64,000 bases of DNA from Felis catus (Eukaryota), in assembly GCF_018350175.1 (NCBI RefSeq), contig NC_058368.1, positions 11,780,001 through 11,844,000 on the forward strand. Direction: 5' to 3'. How positions within the stretch are numbered: position 1 is the stretch's first letter; each line of letters starts with the position of its first letter. A model generated the notes under the pieces. It was not told the DNA's origin. It saw nothing but the letters and a program-made list of their open reading frames with translations, and ran no database searches. This document shows, in pieces, positions 53,539 through 64,000 of the stretch. The position numbers were made by a program, and so were the translations under genes.

Positions 53539-54152
53539 ATGCCAGGTGGTTACCTTTCCATTAGAATTGTATTTAAATGTGTGCTCCTGTCAAGTTAGGC
53601 GATTTAAAGTCTCATTTGAAGTAAGAATAGTACAGATGGAGGGTTCATTGCGACAACTGGTACTGAAATTAGAGAAAGCTTTTTACAGAACTCAAATGGT
53701 ACCAATTCTCACCATTTTTATTTCTGTCCTGCTTCCTTTATGTAAATGTTTTTGAAAAAGGAACCATTTCCTATAGGTTATTTCTGCTCACTCCATACAT
53801 GTCAGTGAGTTCTGCTAATAACTATCCATGTCATATTCTCTTTTACAGTGGCACAAGAAATATTTTGTTGGATGCTGTGGTAGTCACTTCATGGTAGCTT
53901 TTTAGTGTTTAGGAATGCATCTTCATCATCCTTTCTTAAATATATTTATATATTCTTTTTTAGCTGAATATATAAATCTGTATATCTGGAATGGTTTATG
54001 GCTCAGATGGAAAAAATAAATTGTTTCTTTTCCTGAGAAGTATAATATAAGGATTAGGTATATTATATATAAAAAAGGGGCGCAGTTTTTAAGAAGGACA
54101 TACTCCTTTTAGTCCAGTTGTAAAAGACCAGAAATGCCATGTAAGGCTAGTT

Positions 54153-54446
54153 GTTTGGGTTTTTTTAAATATCTATATAATTTATTGTCAAGTTAGCTAA
54201 CATATAGTATATACAGTGTGCTCTTGGCTTCGGGAGTAGATTCCTGTTTTTCATCACTTATATACAACACCCAGTGCTCATTCCAACAAATGCCCTCCTT
54301 AATGCCCATCACCCATTTTCCCCATCCCCCCCCCCATCCCCATCAACCCTATTTTCTCTAGTTAAGATTCTCTTATGGTTTGCTTCCCTCTCTGTTTGTA
54401 ACTATTTTTTTTTTCTTTCTCTTCCCAAATGGTTGTCTGTTAAATA
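54153..54446 (-). mobile_element. 5'-truncated carnivore L1 3' end
   Basis: tatacaacacccagtgctcattccaacaaatgccctccttaatgcccatcaccca; TSD taaggctagtt. Confidence 0.88.
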
Positions 54447-54509
54447 TAAGGCTAGTTTTAAACTTATTTGGCAAGCAGGTATGATGGGTAAATGGAAAGT
54501 ATTTTAGTC

Positions 54510-54733
54510 TTTTTTTTTTTTTTTTCTTTTCAACGTTTGTTTATTTTTGGGACAGAGAGAGACAGAGCATGAACAGGGGAGGGGCAGAGAGAGAGGGAGA
54601 CACAGAATCGGAAACAGGCTCCAGGCTCCGAGCCATCAGCCCAGAGCCCAACGCGGGGCTCGAACTCACGGACCGCAAGACCATGACCTGGCTGAAGTCG
54701 GACGCTTAACCGACTGCGCCACCCAGGCGCCCC
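54510..54733 (-). mobile_element. Young feline Can-SINE, 187 nt upstream of exon 3
   Basis: TSD tagtctttt; CpGs intact. Confidence 0.96.
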
Positions 54734-54920
54734 TAGTCTTTTAAAAGAAAAGTTATTTTTCTGTAGTTTTAGAAGGATCTGTTCTCTCTCAGAGGAAAAA
54801 TGAAAGTACTTTATATTAATTGTTTGGAAGTTAATCTTTGCAATTAATTTAGATGTTATTTCAAATGACTGTATTTTTGCATGAAATACTTCATTATTTC
54901 ATTATTTTATTTTTGTACAG

Positions 54921-55124
54921 ATGGTTGTGAAAACTTTCATGGATATGGACCAGGACTCTGAAGAAGAAAAGGAGCTTTATTTAAACCTAGCTTTACATCT
55001 TGCTTCAGATTTTTTCCTCAAGCATCCTGATAAAGATGTTCGCTTATTGGTAGCCTGCTGCCTTGCCGATATTTTCAGGATTTATGCTCCTGAAGCTCCT
55101 TACACATCCCCTGATAAACTAAAG
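54921..55124 (+). CDS. PDS5B: PDS5B exon 3 (204 nt), codons 37-104
   Basis: [19 protein letters not shown]...[13 protein letters not shown]; acceptor ttttgtacag; donor is non-canonical AAG|gcaagt. Confidence 0.97.
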
Positions 55125-57787
55125 GCAAGTACTGACTTAAATAACTTAAAATAGTAACTGGTGCTTCTATTTATCTTTCTAACTAAAATGGGAGTTAAGG
55201 TATTTGGATAATTTCTTTGGATTTTTCGACATTACCTGCAGCAGTCTTTTATTAAACAACTTTACTTTTTAGAGACCCCCCCCCCCCCACATACCCCAAT
55301 ACCCCATTTAGTACTTACTTTTATTAAAGAATTTTGATCCTTAGGATAAGAAGTAGATTAGTACAGTGTACTCTATACTTTTTATAGTATGTTATCATTA
55401 GCTCTGTTTCAGCAACACTTGGAGGGGGACACTTTTCCCTTTTGAACATCCATACTGAAGACCATATTCATTATTTAAAACATGGTATTTAATATAAGCC
55501 TGAATGTATACCATATGAATCATTCATTTAAAGGAAGGTGTGATTGTGATGTGAATTGTTTGGAAGACAATACAGTGAACAAAATTTTAATGAAAAGTTA
55601 GGAACGACTCCTAGTACCTGTTTAAAGTAGTAGTAAGTAAAGCCATATGAATGGAGAATCTTTAAAAGAGGAAAGAAAAAAGGAGACTAGCATGATTAGT
55701 CTAGCTGCTAGAAAGTGTGAAATAACTAGAGCTGTGCAAAAAGATATTGAATAAAGCAGGTTAGAAAATGAGAAAAACCAGTAATGGTAAAAGATAATTG
55801 TGGAAACTGTGGGTTAGAGAATGAATCCATAAGAAGATTATTAATACCCAGTGTGGATAAAGTGACAAGACAGTTTAGGTTTATTTCATTTAACAAGTAT
55901 TGATGTTTTAATTATGTGTCAGGAACTGGGTTTACAGTGGTGAAAAAGAGTCATCACACAGCCCCTAATTTCATGGAGTTGCTTCTTGATAATTGGAGTG
56001 AGGAACTTGCTCATTTCATCAAGTCTGCCAAAATTCTAGCATGGAATGCCCAACCTGCTTTGGTCGTAGTTGTTTAATATTTTAATTTGGTAAAGAATCT
56101 CAGGATAGGGGCAGTATTTGTCACTTAAAGGTGGAATTGAATTGTGAAATTTGAGAATGGTCAGAGGTTTAAGTAGATAACATGAGCTGATCTGTGGACT
56201 TGTGTACCCAGGTATATATTTTATTTTGTAATTATAAACCTCTAATTTGGAGATGGGATGTGGGCTCTTCCTTACTAGTGTCTTGTTGGCATTCTGATGA
56301 AGAGGAAGGTCTAATTTAAGAGTACCTCCACAGGTTTCTTCTGCGTCTTGTGGATTTCTCAGTTTGCATCATCAGTAACCTATCCTAGAGCTTTTGGGTA
56401 GTGAAAAGTCCTCCCAAAAGAATATTACACATCTGTTCTATTTATAACAGGACAATTTATAGGAAGAATATTGAGGAGCTGAGACTAAATTAGCATCGTT
56501 TTGGATTATTCCATCCCTGAAAAATTTGAAGTATCTTATATTTTCTGTTCATATTTTTTGGTCTTATTTTAAATGCCTCTTTTTTTTTTTTTTTTCTTTT
56601 GTTGAGGTAGTACTTAAAATTTAATCATTTCAAGGATGTTCTCTATTTATGGAGTAGTTTTCACTATTGATTAGCATAAAGTTTGTATTTTTCTTTGTGG
56701 TAGCAGCAATAGAAAACTGACACATTGATCCTCGTATTTCCACTGTCAATTTATTGTTGCCATCAGAAAACCCTTTTTATACATCTGGCTTCATGTGTAA
56801 TAGGTCAGTGATTGTTGTAGAGGTTATAAATGATTGTTTTCTTTCTATCTCCAGGTAGTCAATGTGGCACTTAGTTTTCTCTTAATCACACTAGGAGGGT
56901 TTATTCACAGAGGATGTATTTTGTACAGTATTGCTATCAAAGTAACCATTTTGCAGGTTGTACTTTTCATAGTATTTTTTTTGAAAAGCTAGTCAGTTAC
57001 CTGTATCTTTCTTCTCCTTTAAAAATATTCTTATCATTTTATTTAGAAGAGAAATATTTTTTTTCTTAGTATTGATTGATTAGCATGCTTCCTTTGCAGA
57101 ATTAGCTTTTTTAATTTTACCCTTTTCCAAGATCTTAAAAGGCTTATCTCCATAAAAATTGCCTTAAAGTGACATTGAACCTATCTCTATCCAGGTACAA
57201 AAGGAAGACATAGAGTAAAAAAATCAAAAGCCAGGAGATGGGGATAGATCAAGAAATGGTGGGGAAAAACAAGTAATTACAATGATTAGGTAGGAAAGCT
57301 TTATAAGTTAACTTCCACAGGTCTTTTTAAAATTTCTAAGTTTCTGTGATCTAGTATATTTTCACTTGGTGATTTATTTTGGAATTTTAAGTTTCCCAAG
57401 CTGTGTTTTTGCTGTATAATTATCTATATAGTGCTGTTCCAGCAAACCTAATTAGCTCTCTGTCACTGCCACCTTTGTTATACTCATAATAGGATAAATT
57501 TTGGTTTACTAGTTTTTGGGTCTAGTTTTTCAACTTGCTTTAAGATGGAGGTTTTTCTTTATCTAAGAGCATGGTAAATTATTTACTGTTTTCCTGTGAA
57601 GGGCAATAAGATGTTTAGTGTTTCCATATGGTAAGATTTTTCTAAGAAGTTCCAGCTAAATACAGTTTTTCCCCCTGGTTCTTTATTATGGTAGATACAC
57701 ATGATTGCTGAATTAGCTTTAGGAGTTTAGTGAATATTTTTCCTTAGCATTCATAATCTAAACAATACTTTGTCTCTTTTTTTGAAG

Positions 57788-57874
57788 GATATATTTATGT
57801 TTATAACAAGGCAGTTGAAGGGGCTAGAGGATACAAAGAGCCCACAATTTAATAGGTATTTTTACTTACTTGAG
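57788..57874 (+). CDS. PDS5B: PDS5B exon 4 (87 nt), codons 105-133
   Basis: [29 protein letters not shown]; acceptor tctctttttttgaag; donor GAG|gtaagc; not in the ORF track. Confidence 0.97.
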
Positions 57875-57976
57875 GTAAGCAATATATCTTGATGATATTT
57901 CAAATTGGGTTTTTTGCTTGTATATTTTTACTAATTAAAGTGTTTACCTTTCGCTTTTTTTATTTCTTATTTTTAG

Positions 57977-58074
57977 AACATTGCTTGGGTCAAGTCGTAT
58001 AACATATGCTTTGAGTTGGAAGATAGCAATGAAATTTTTACCCAGTTATACAGAACATTATTTTCAGTTATAAA
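57977..58074 (+). CDS. PDS5B: PDS5B exon 5 (98 nt)
   Basis: [32 protein letters not shown](N); follows a 102-nt intron; acceptor cttatttttag; donor AA|gtaagt, phase 2. Confidence 0.97.
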
Positions 58075-58206
58075 GTAAGTTCATTTTACTAGGCATATAA
58101 CTTATTTTAAATACATAGTATTTAAAACCTATAAGTGAATATGCATTAACTGTTTGTTATGATGAGTATTTGGAAGGTTCTAAGTAACATTAGAACTCAT
58201 TAACAT

Positions 58207-58471
58207 GGGGCACCTGCTTGGCTCAGTCTGTTAAGCTGCCGACTCTTGATTTCAGCTCAGGTCCGTGATCTCACGGTTAGATCAAGATCGAGCCCTTGGT
58301 CAGGCTCTGAGCTGACAGGATGCAGCCTGCTTGGGATTCTTTCTCTCTCTCCTCCTCTGCCTCTGCCTCTGCCTCTGCCTCTGCCTCTGCCTCTGCCTCT
58401 GCCTCTGCCTCTGCCTCTATCCTGCTTGTGCTCTCTCTCTCTCTCTCTCAAAATAAATAAACTTAAAAAAA
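58207..58471 (+). mobile_element. Can-SINE with (CCTCTG)n expansion, 132 nt downstream of exon 5
   Basis: TSD ctca(t/c)taacat. Confidence 0.94.
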
Positions 58472-58943
58472 GCCTCACTAACATTATTTTTATAGATGTT
58501 TTAAAAGTGACTAGAACTTAATTTGTAAGGTATAATACAAGAGTGGCATAAGGCAGTCTATACAGCCAATATAAAAATATTTTTTGGATTATATTTTTTA
58601 TCTTTAAATATTATTGGCTCCTTGATTCATGTAAATAGTTGAGTTTTTGTGTATTCTTTAAAATTATCTACTAGAATTAACTTCGCAGCAGTTTGATTTT
58701 CTGAATTTAAGGCAAAACTAAAGTTGATATTTGATTCAATTGCTTTTGATTGTGAGACTGGTTAAAATTAGGGAAAAGTAATCTAGGAAATACAGTTTAA
58801 AATATATTTTGGATGCTCCTATAAGATTTGGAATAGAGGGAAGCTTTAAGTGAATATATGGAATTTGATTTGATATTTTAGTATAATGTTTTATAAAGTA
58901 GTGTTCTTCAGTACCATGTTATGATTAAATCCTGTACACTTTA

Positions 58944-59304
58944 TTTTTATTATTTTTGAGAGAAGGCGTGGTCCTTTGTGAAGTTGTATATATCCTAATA
59001 CTTCATGTTGTACTAGTGTTAGGAAAATGTTTATGTGCACATGTGCGTGAACAAGGGACAGGTGGGAAGGGGCAGTGGTGGAGGGAGAAAGAGGGAGGGA
59101 GAGGGGGAAAGAAGGAGGGGGAGGGAGGGGGGAGGGAGAGGGAGAAAGAGAGAGGGGAGGGGGAGGGTGAAAATCCCAAGCAGGTTCTCCACTATTGGCA
59201 CTGTCACTGTGGACCCCATGTGGGGATTGTACTCTTGAACAGTGAGATCATGACCTGAGTCTAAACCAGAAGTCCAACACTTAACTGACCCACCCAGGCA
59301 CCCC
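58944..59304 (-). mobile_element. Can-SINE with internal insert, 44 nt upstream of exon 6
   Basis: TSD aatcctgta(ca/tg)cttta. Confidence 0.92.
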
Positions 59305-59348
59305 TGAATCCTGTATGCTTTAAATAAAATATCTATTTTGAATTTCAG

Positions 59349-59475
59349 CAATGGCCACAATCAGAAAGTTCATATGCACATGGTAGACCTCATGAGTTCT
59401 ATTATTTGTGAAGGTGATACAGTATCTCAGGAGCTTTTGGATACAGTTTTGGTAAATCTGGTACCTGCACATAAG
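59349..59475 (+). CDS. PDS5B: PDS5B exon 6 (127 nt), to codon 208; gene continues beyond the window
   Basis: (N)[42 protein letters not shown]; phase matches exon 5; acceptor aatttcag; donor AAG|gtaagt. Confidence 0.97.
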
Positions 59476-60147
59476 GTAAGTAGCAACATATACCAATATG
59501 TCTAAAGCCTATTAATATTAAGGTCAAGAATTTGTGCTTATGTTCCAAATACAATTTTTCCTGCTTTAACCTTAGTTTTAGAGAATCTGTTTTATTGGTT
59601 AATATTAATAAATATTAGTAAAACATGGTACACTTATTAGTTACTAATTAAGTAGATGTAGTTTATGTGATAAAATATCTGTAATAACTGTGTGGTGTAG
59701 GATATGTTTCAAGGAGTGAGTTAATACTACTTAGATGCTATCATATAACTTTATGTGTCAGGAGATGCTGAAAGCAGTTAGAGCCTTAGTTCTAAGACAG
59801 CAGTAGTTAGATGGAGTGGGGGGTGAAATTAAAAGGGAAGTCTCTACTAATTTCTGGACAAAGGATATGTTCATGACAGTGTTTCTTCCCTTGGTGATAT
59901 TAATCAAGACTTGTTTGTGTGTCTTGTTCTTTGAAAATGACTAACTCTCCAGTAAACAGTTGGAAATAATGGTTCTGTGAAAGGGATAAAAGAGAGAGTT
60001 AAAAAGAGGGGCCAGGGAGTCACGAGTGTAAAGATCTGTGCAAACTGAAGAACTTCCTGGCACGGTATAATCTAATTTCACAAGTATATGACATTCACAC
60101 AAAAATTGCTTCCATGAAGATGACTGCATAATTTAATATTTCCGGAT

Positions 60148-60377
60148 TTTTAAAAAAATTTTTTTTTAACGTTTATTTGTTATATTATTGAGAGAGACAG
60201 CATGAATGCAGGAGGGGCAGAGAAAGAGGGAGACACAGAATCTGAAGGAGGCTCCAGGCTCTGAGCTCTGAGACCAGAGCCTGACACAGGGCTCCAACTC
60301 ACAATCCAACTCACAAACCGGGAGATTATGACCTGAGCCGAAGGCAGACGCTTAACCGACTGAGCCACCCAGGTGCC
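60148..60377 (-). mobile_element. Can-SINE
   Basis: TSD tatttcc(g/a)gatt. Confidence 0.94.
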
Positions 60378-61589
60378 TCTACTATTTCCAGATTCTTAAA
60401 ATAGTCCATCAATGCTGAAAGTTAAATACTGCAAATAGACCTAAACATTCAGATAATACATTTGTTAGATAAAAATAATAAATACCTTAAAAGATTTAAA
60501 GATAATATATGCTTCAAGGGATCAAAGGCATGAAAATAAGAGTTAAAAACATAATAGCTAGATATATGAAAGAAGTTTAGGAAAAAAGTAGAAATGAGAA
60601 ATGGTCATTGAAATTAAGATCTTTATTGGGTTATAAAAGATTTTGAAAACTAGGAGATAGATCAAGGAATTATACAGGTAAAGTGAGATAAAGAAGACAT
60701 GAAAGATACTGAGACATGAAAAACAGAATGAAAAGGACCAATATAGTTTATAGTGATTTCAGAACACAAAGTAGAGAGTAGAGAAGAAATATTTAAATAA
60801 AAATTTGCTTAAAATTCTCCAGAACTGTTGGAATGCATGGATTTATGGGTTAGGTAGCAAAAGTCATGAGCAGAATAAATAAAAATAAATCCCAGTCCAG
60901 GAACATCCTGGAGAAATTCTAGAATGCCAACAGAAATTCTAGAATGCCAAATAATCTATAAAGCACCCAAAGGGAAAAGGCACGACACTTACCAAGGAAT
61001 AAAGATTAATCTATTGCCGACTTCTCAGTAACAAGGATAGATGCCAGAAGATAATGGGACTATATTTCCAAAGTGCGAAGATAAAATAACTGTGCATGTA
61101 TGTGTAGGTGTGTGTAGTCACGTACCCAGTTTGAGTGCAATTAAGATATTAAATACTCACTTGTCAATAGATTCTTCCTGAATGAACTATGTGAGTATTG
61201 TAGAATGATGGAAGTTGAATTAAAAGAAGGAACAAGAAATAATGATGTACAAAGAAATGCTCCAAATAAGAACTAATACATTAAAAAAAATAGTAGCAAT
61301 GATAATGACTACAGGGATGTTAACAAAATAGTCCTGAATTACTGGATACGAATAACAAATAACAGATGAGATTGAATGGCTTAATGGAGAGTCAGTGAGT
61401 GATCTAATCCTGGTGGTGGTGGGGAGTATAGAGCTACTGATTAACATCAAACTTGAAGTATTCATATTAAAATTTTCAGGATTAGAGTAAAAGAAAGAAT
61501 TACAATAAATGTAAATGGTCTAAATTTGCTACTTAGACTGTCATACTGGATTGAAAATAATCCGGGGGGGGGGGGGGGGGGGAAGGGGT

Positions 61590-61790
61590 GGTGTTGTGCC
61601 ATCTGGGTGGCTTAGTCAGTTAAGTGTCTGACTCTTGATTTCAACTCAGGTCATGATGTCATGGTCCTGAGATGGAGTCCTGTGTTGGACTCCATGCCGG
61701 TTGCAAAGTCTGCCTAAGATTCTCCTCTCTGCCCTTCCTCCACTATCTCTTGTGCATGTCTCTCACAAAATAGGAATAATAATAATAATA
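61590..61790 (+). mobile_element. Can-SINE preceded by a G19 run (61564-61582)
   Basis: ctgggtggcttagtcagttaag head. Confidence 0.9.
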
Positions 61791-62180
61791 CAGTTGGTCA
61801 AAGAGATAAGAACAAAAGTACTGTCATAAAAAAGTCAAAAGCTTATAAAAGGATGGAAAAAAGACTTGCCAGGCACATATTAACTGAAAGAAAACTGAAA
61901 CAAGTTGTACTAATATCAGATGTAATAGTCATTACTGGGTAAAGAAGGGATTTGTACAATGATAAAACATTTAGTTCTCAGGAAGATATTCAAAGTTGCA
62001 TGTATGTAGGCTCAAATATATAGAGTATAAACTGAAAGAATTACAAAGAAACAAATTCACCACTTGGTGGCTTATCTTAACAGTTTTCCCAATGATTATA
62101 AAGTTTGTGGGAATTTTGAAGATTTGAAACGAACAAGTTTATAGCAACCATGCTTAACCTGTCAAAAGAATAAATCATAA

Positions 62181-62323
62181 TGGTTGGGGTTTTGTACAGC
62201 AGAGCTGCTCCCTCACTGTGATCTGTTGAAAAGTCAGCCCTCAAGACAAGGGCTTGGTGGGGTGGGGGTGGGGGGGCAAGAAAGAAAGAAAACAAAAAAT
62301 TAAAAACAAAACAAAAACAAAAA
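62181..62323 (+). pseudogene. Retroposed 28S rRNA 3'-terminal fragment with G-rich linker and A-tail
   Basis: ggggttttgtacagcagagctgctccctcactgtgatctgttgaaaagtcagccctcaagacaagggcttg matches the 28S 3' terminus; 15-bp TSD aataaatcataatgg. Confidence 0.9.
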
Positions 62324-62407
62324 AATAAATCATAATGGCAATTCTGAAATATTTAGAAATGATAATTAAAATGATACATATTAAAACTTGTAGGATACAG
62401 CTTAAAT

Positions 62408-62636
62408 TTTTTTTTTTAATTTTTTAAATGTTTATTTATCTTTGAGAGAGAGAGAGACAGAGACAGAACACTAGCAGAGAATGGGCAGAGAGAGAGAGGG
62501 AGACACAGAGTCTGAAGCAGCCTCTAGGCTCTGAGCTGTCAGCACAGAGCCTGACGCGGGGCCCGAACCCTCAAACTGTGAGATCATGACCTGAGCTGAA
62601 GTTGGATGCTCAACCAGCTGAGCCACCCAGGCGCCC
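62408..62636 (-). mobile_element. Can-SINE
   Basis: Full reverse SINE. Confidence 0.94.
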
Positions 62637-63583
62637 TGAATGTTTTTTAAATCTAATTTTATTGGCCAAGTGTCTAATTCAGGAAGTTTATAAAAATAAT
62701 CAGATTATACACCGTATACAAGGAAGAAAACAAGTACAGAAATTAAAGACATAGAAAATACAGTACATTTCACACAAACTCAAAGCTGGCAGTTTGAAAA
62801 ATGTATTAAATAGGCAAATCCATGGTAAGTTGAATCAGAAAAAAAAGAGATGGTATCAATATATGGGTTTGGAATGAAATGGGGAACAACAGACATTAAA
62901 AAGCTAAAAAGACAGTTCTATGAACAATATTTTATGGTAATATATTTGAAATTAGGTAAAAGAATTTCCTAGAAAATATAACTTGCCAGAGAAAATTTTA
63001 AATAACCTTTAACCAGTAAAAGAAATAGAATTCGTTTTAAAAATTGTATCCATAAAATGAACAAAATCCCTTCCTCCCAAACAACAGTGGCAGCAATAAT
63101 AAAAGTAACAGCAGCAGAACACACACCAACTACAAAAGAACTTAAACTGAACATCAGGAGATAACTCCTAATCATTTAAGTAGCATACAATTCAAATGTC
63201 AAGTACACCTTTCTAGATTATAGAAAAGGAAGAAATGCTCCACAGTTCACTTTATGAGTGGAATATAATCTTCATAGAGAAACTAGACAAAGCCAAGCAA
63301 GTTAGAAGAGTCATAGGCTAATTTAGTCTAAAGTTGTAATCATATCACATAAATTCAATATAAAATAATAACATTTGGAACGGTGTAAACTATTTATAAT
63401 GAGCAAATTGGCTTTATTTTAGGAATATAAGAATGGATAAACATTAGAGAATCTTAGAGACTAAGATATTTGTGTAAATTAACAGATCAAAGAAAAAAGT
63501 ATCAGTAGATGTAGAAAAAGACAGTTTGATAAAATTCAGTGTAATTTATGATAAAAACCTTTTAGCAAAGTGATAAGGATATG

Positions 63584-63781
63584 ACCCACAGAAGGCTCAA
63601 TGATAGAGAACAAACTAAGGGTTGATGGAGGGAGGTGAGTGGGAGATGGCCTAGGTGTCTGTATTAAGTAGGTCACTTGTCATGAGCACTGGGTGTTGTA
63701 TGTAAGTGGTGAATCATTGAATTCTACTTCTGAAACCAATATTGCACTTCATGTTAACTAAAATATAAAAAATAAATTTTA
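63584..63781 (+). mobile_element. Short carnivore L1 3' end insertion
   Basis: catgagcactgggtgttgtatgtaag...; TSD aaagtg(a/g)taag(g/a)atatg. Confidence 0.88.
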
Positions 63782-64000
63782 AAAGTGGTAAGAATATGTA
63801 TGATACTGTACATATGGTACATGCTGAAGAATTTTCTTTGGAGTTAGGAATACTTATTTACTCAGGAAAAAGGGAACTGTGCTGCCATTTCTAATCTGCA
63901 TCAATTAAGTGTCTTTAGTGGAGTAAAATGAGATAAATAAAAGATAAAAGGATTAAAAAGAAGAAATAAACTGAAATTGTTTGCAGATAATATGACTGCC

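Larger units (their letters stand above)
60400..64000 (+). mobile_element. Old, highly degraded L1 (ORF1 to ORF2) with nested insertions
   Basis: A-rich ORF1 and ORF2 motifs, ending ttgtttgcagataatatgactg (LFAD-like RT region). Confidence 0.7.

Noticed and set aside
22741..56860. Polypyrimidine-AG|GT sites at about 22760, 24955 and 56854 as recursive splice sites
   Set aside because: The regenerated donors (gtgtgg, gtagaa, gtagtc) are weak, and such motifs are expected in T-rich introns.
388..60368. Many similar 60-130 aa ORFs (MAQSVKRLTSAQVMIS..., GRGRERGRHRI...)
   Set aside because: They are translations of Can-SINE copies, not a gene family.
218..60950. Small local tandem duplications (218-291, 14847-14886, 37070-37082 region, 51624-51658, 60912-60950)
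   Set aside because: Ordinary slippage or repair duplications with no higher-order pattern.
61564..61582. G19 homopolymer
   Set aside because: Simple run at a SINE 5' junction; its length is unreliable in assemblies and there is no evidence of function.

Overview
Mammalian genomic DNA, almost certainly felid (dense tRNA-derived Can-SINEs, including young cat-type copies). The whole window lies inside PDS5B (cohesin-associated HEAT-repeat protein) on the + strand. Bases 1-51396 appear to be the distal part of a long first intron, with no promoter or CpG island visible. Five coding exons (51416-59475, codons 1-208) follow and splice in frame, one through a non-canonical GC-AG intron. The rest is mostly transposable-element sequence: about 40 SINEs, many L1 pieces, L2, MIR, MaLR/ERV LTRs, an ERV-L remnant and DNA transposons. 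Almost all ORFs in the supplied track are repeat-derived noise. I see no new multi-gene system. The most notable signals are a ~2 kb SINE-mediated inversion that can be reconstructed from the sequence (97-2061), a retroposed 28S rRNA 3' end with A-tail and TSD (62169-62338), three SINEs inserted serially into one target site, an ERV-L dUTPase fossil with a recent 53-bp templated duplication, inverted SINEs flanking exons 3-5, and two co-oriented CTCF motifs. Repeat family names come from my recall of consensus sequences, and repeat boundaries are approximate.
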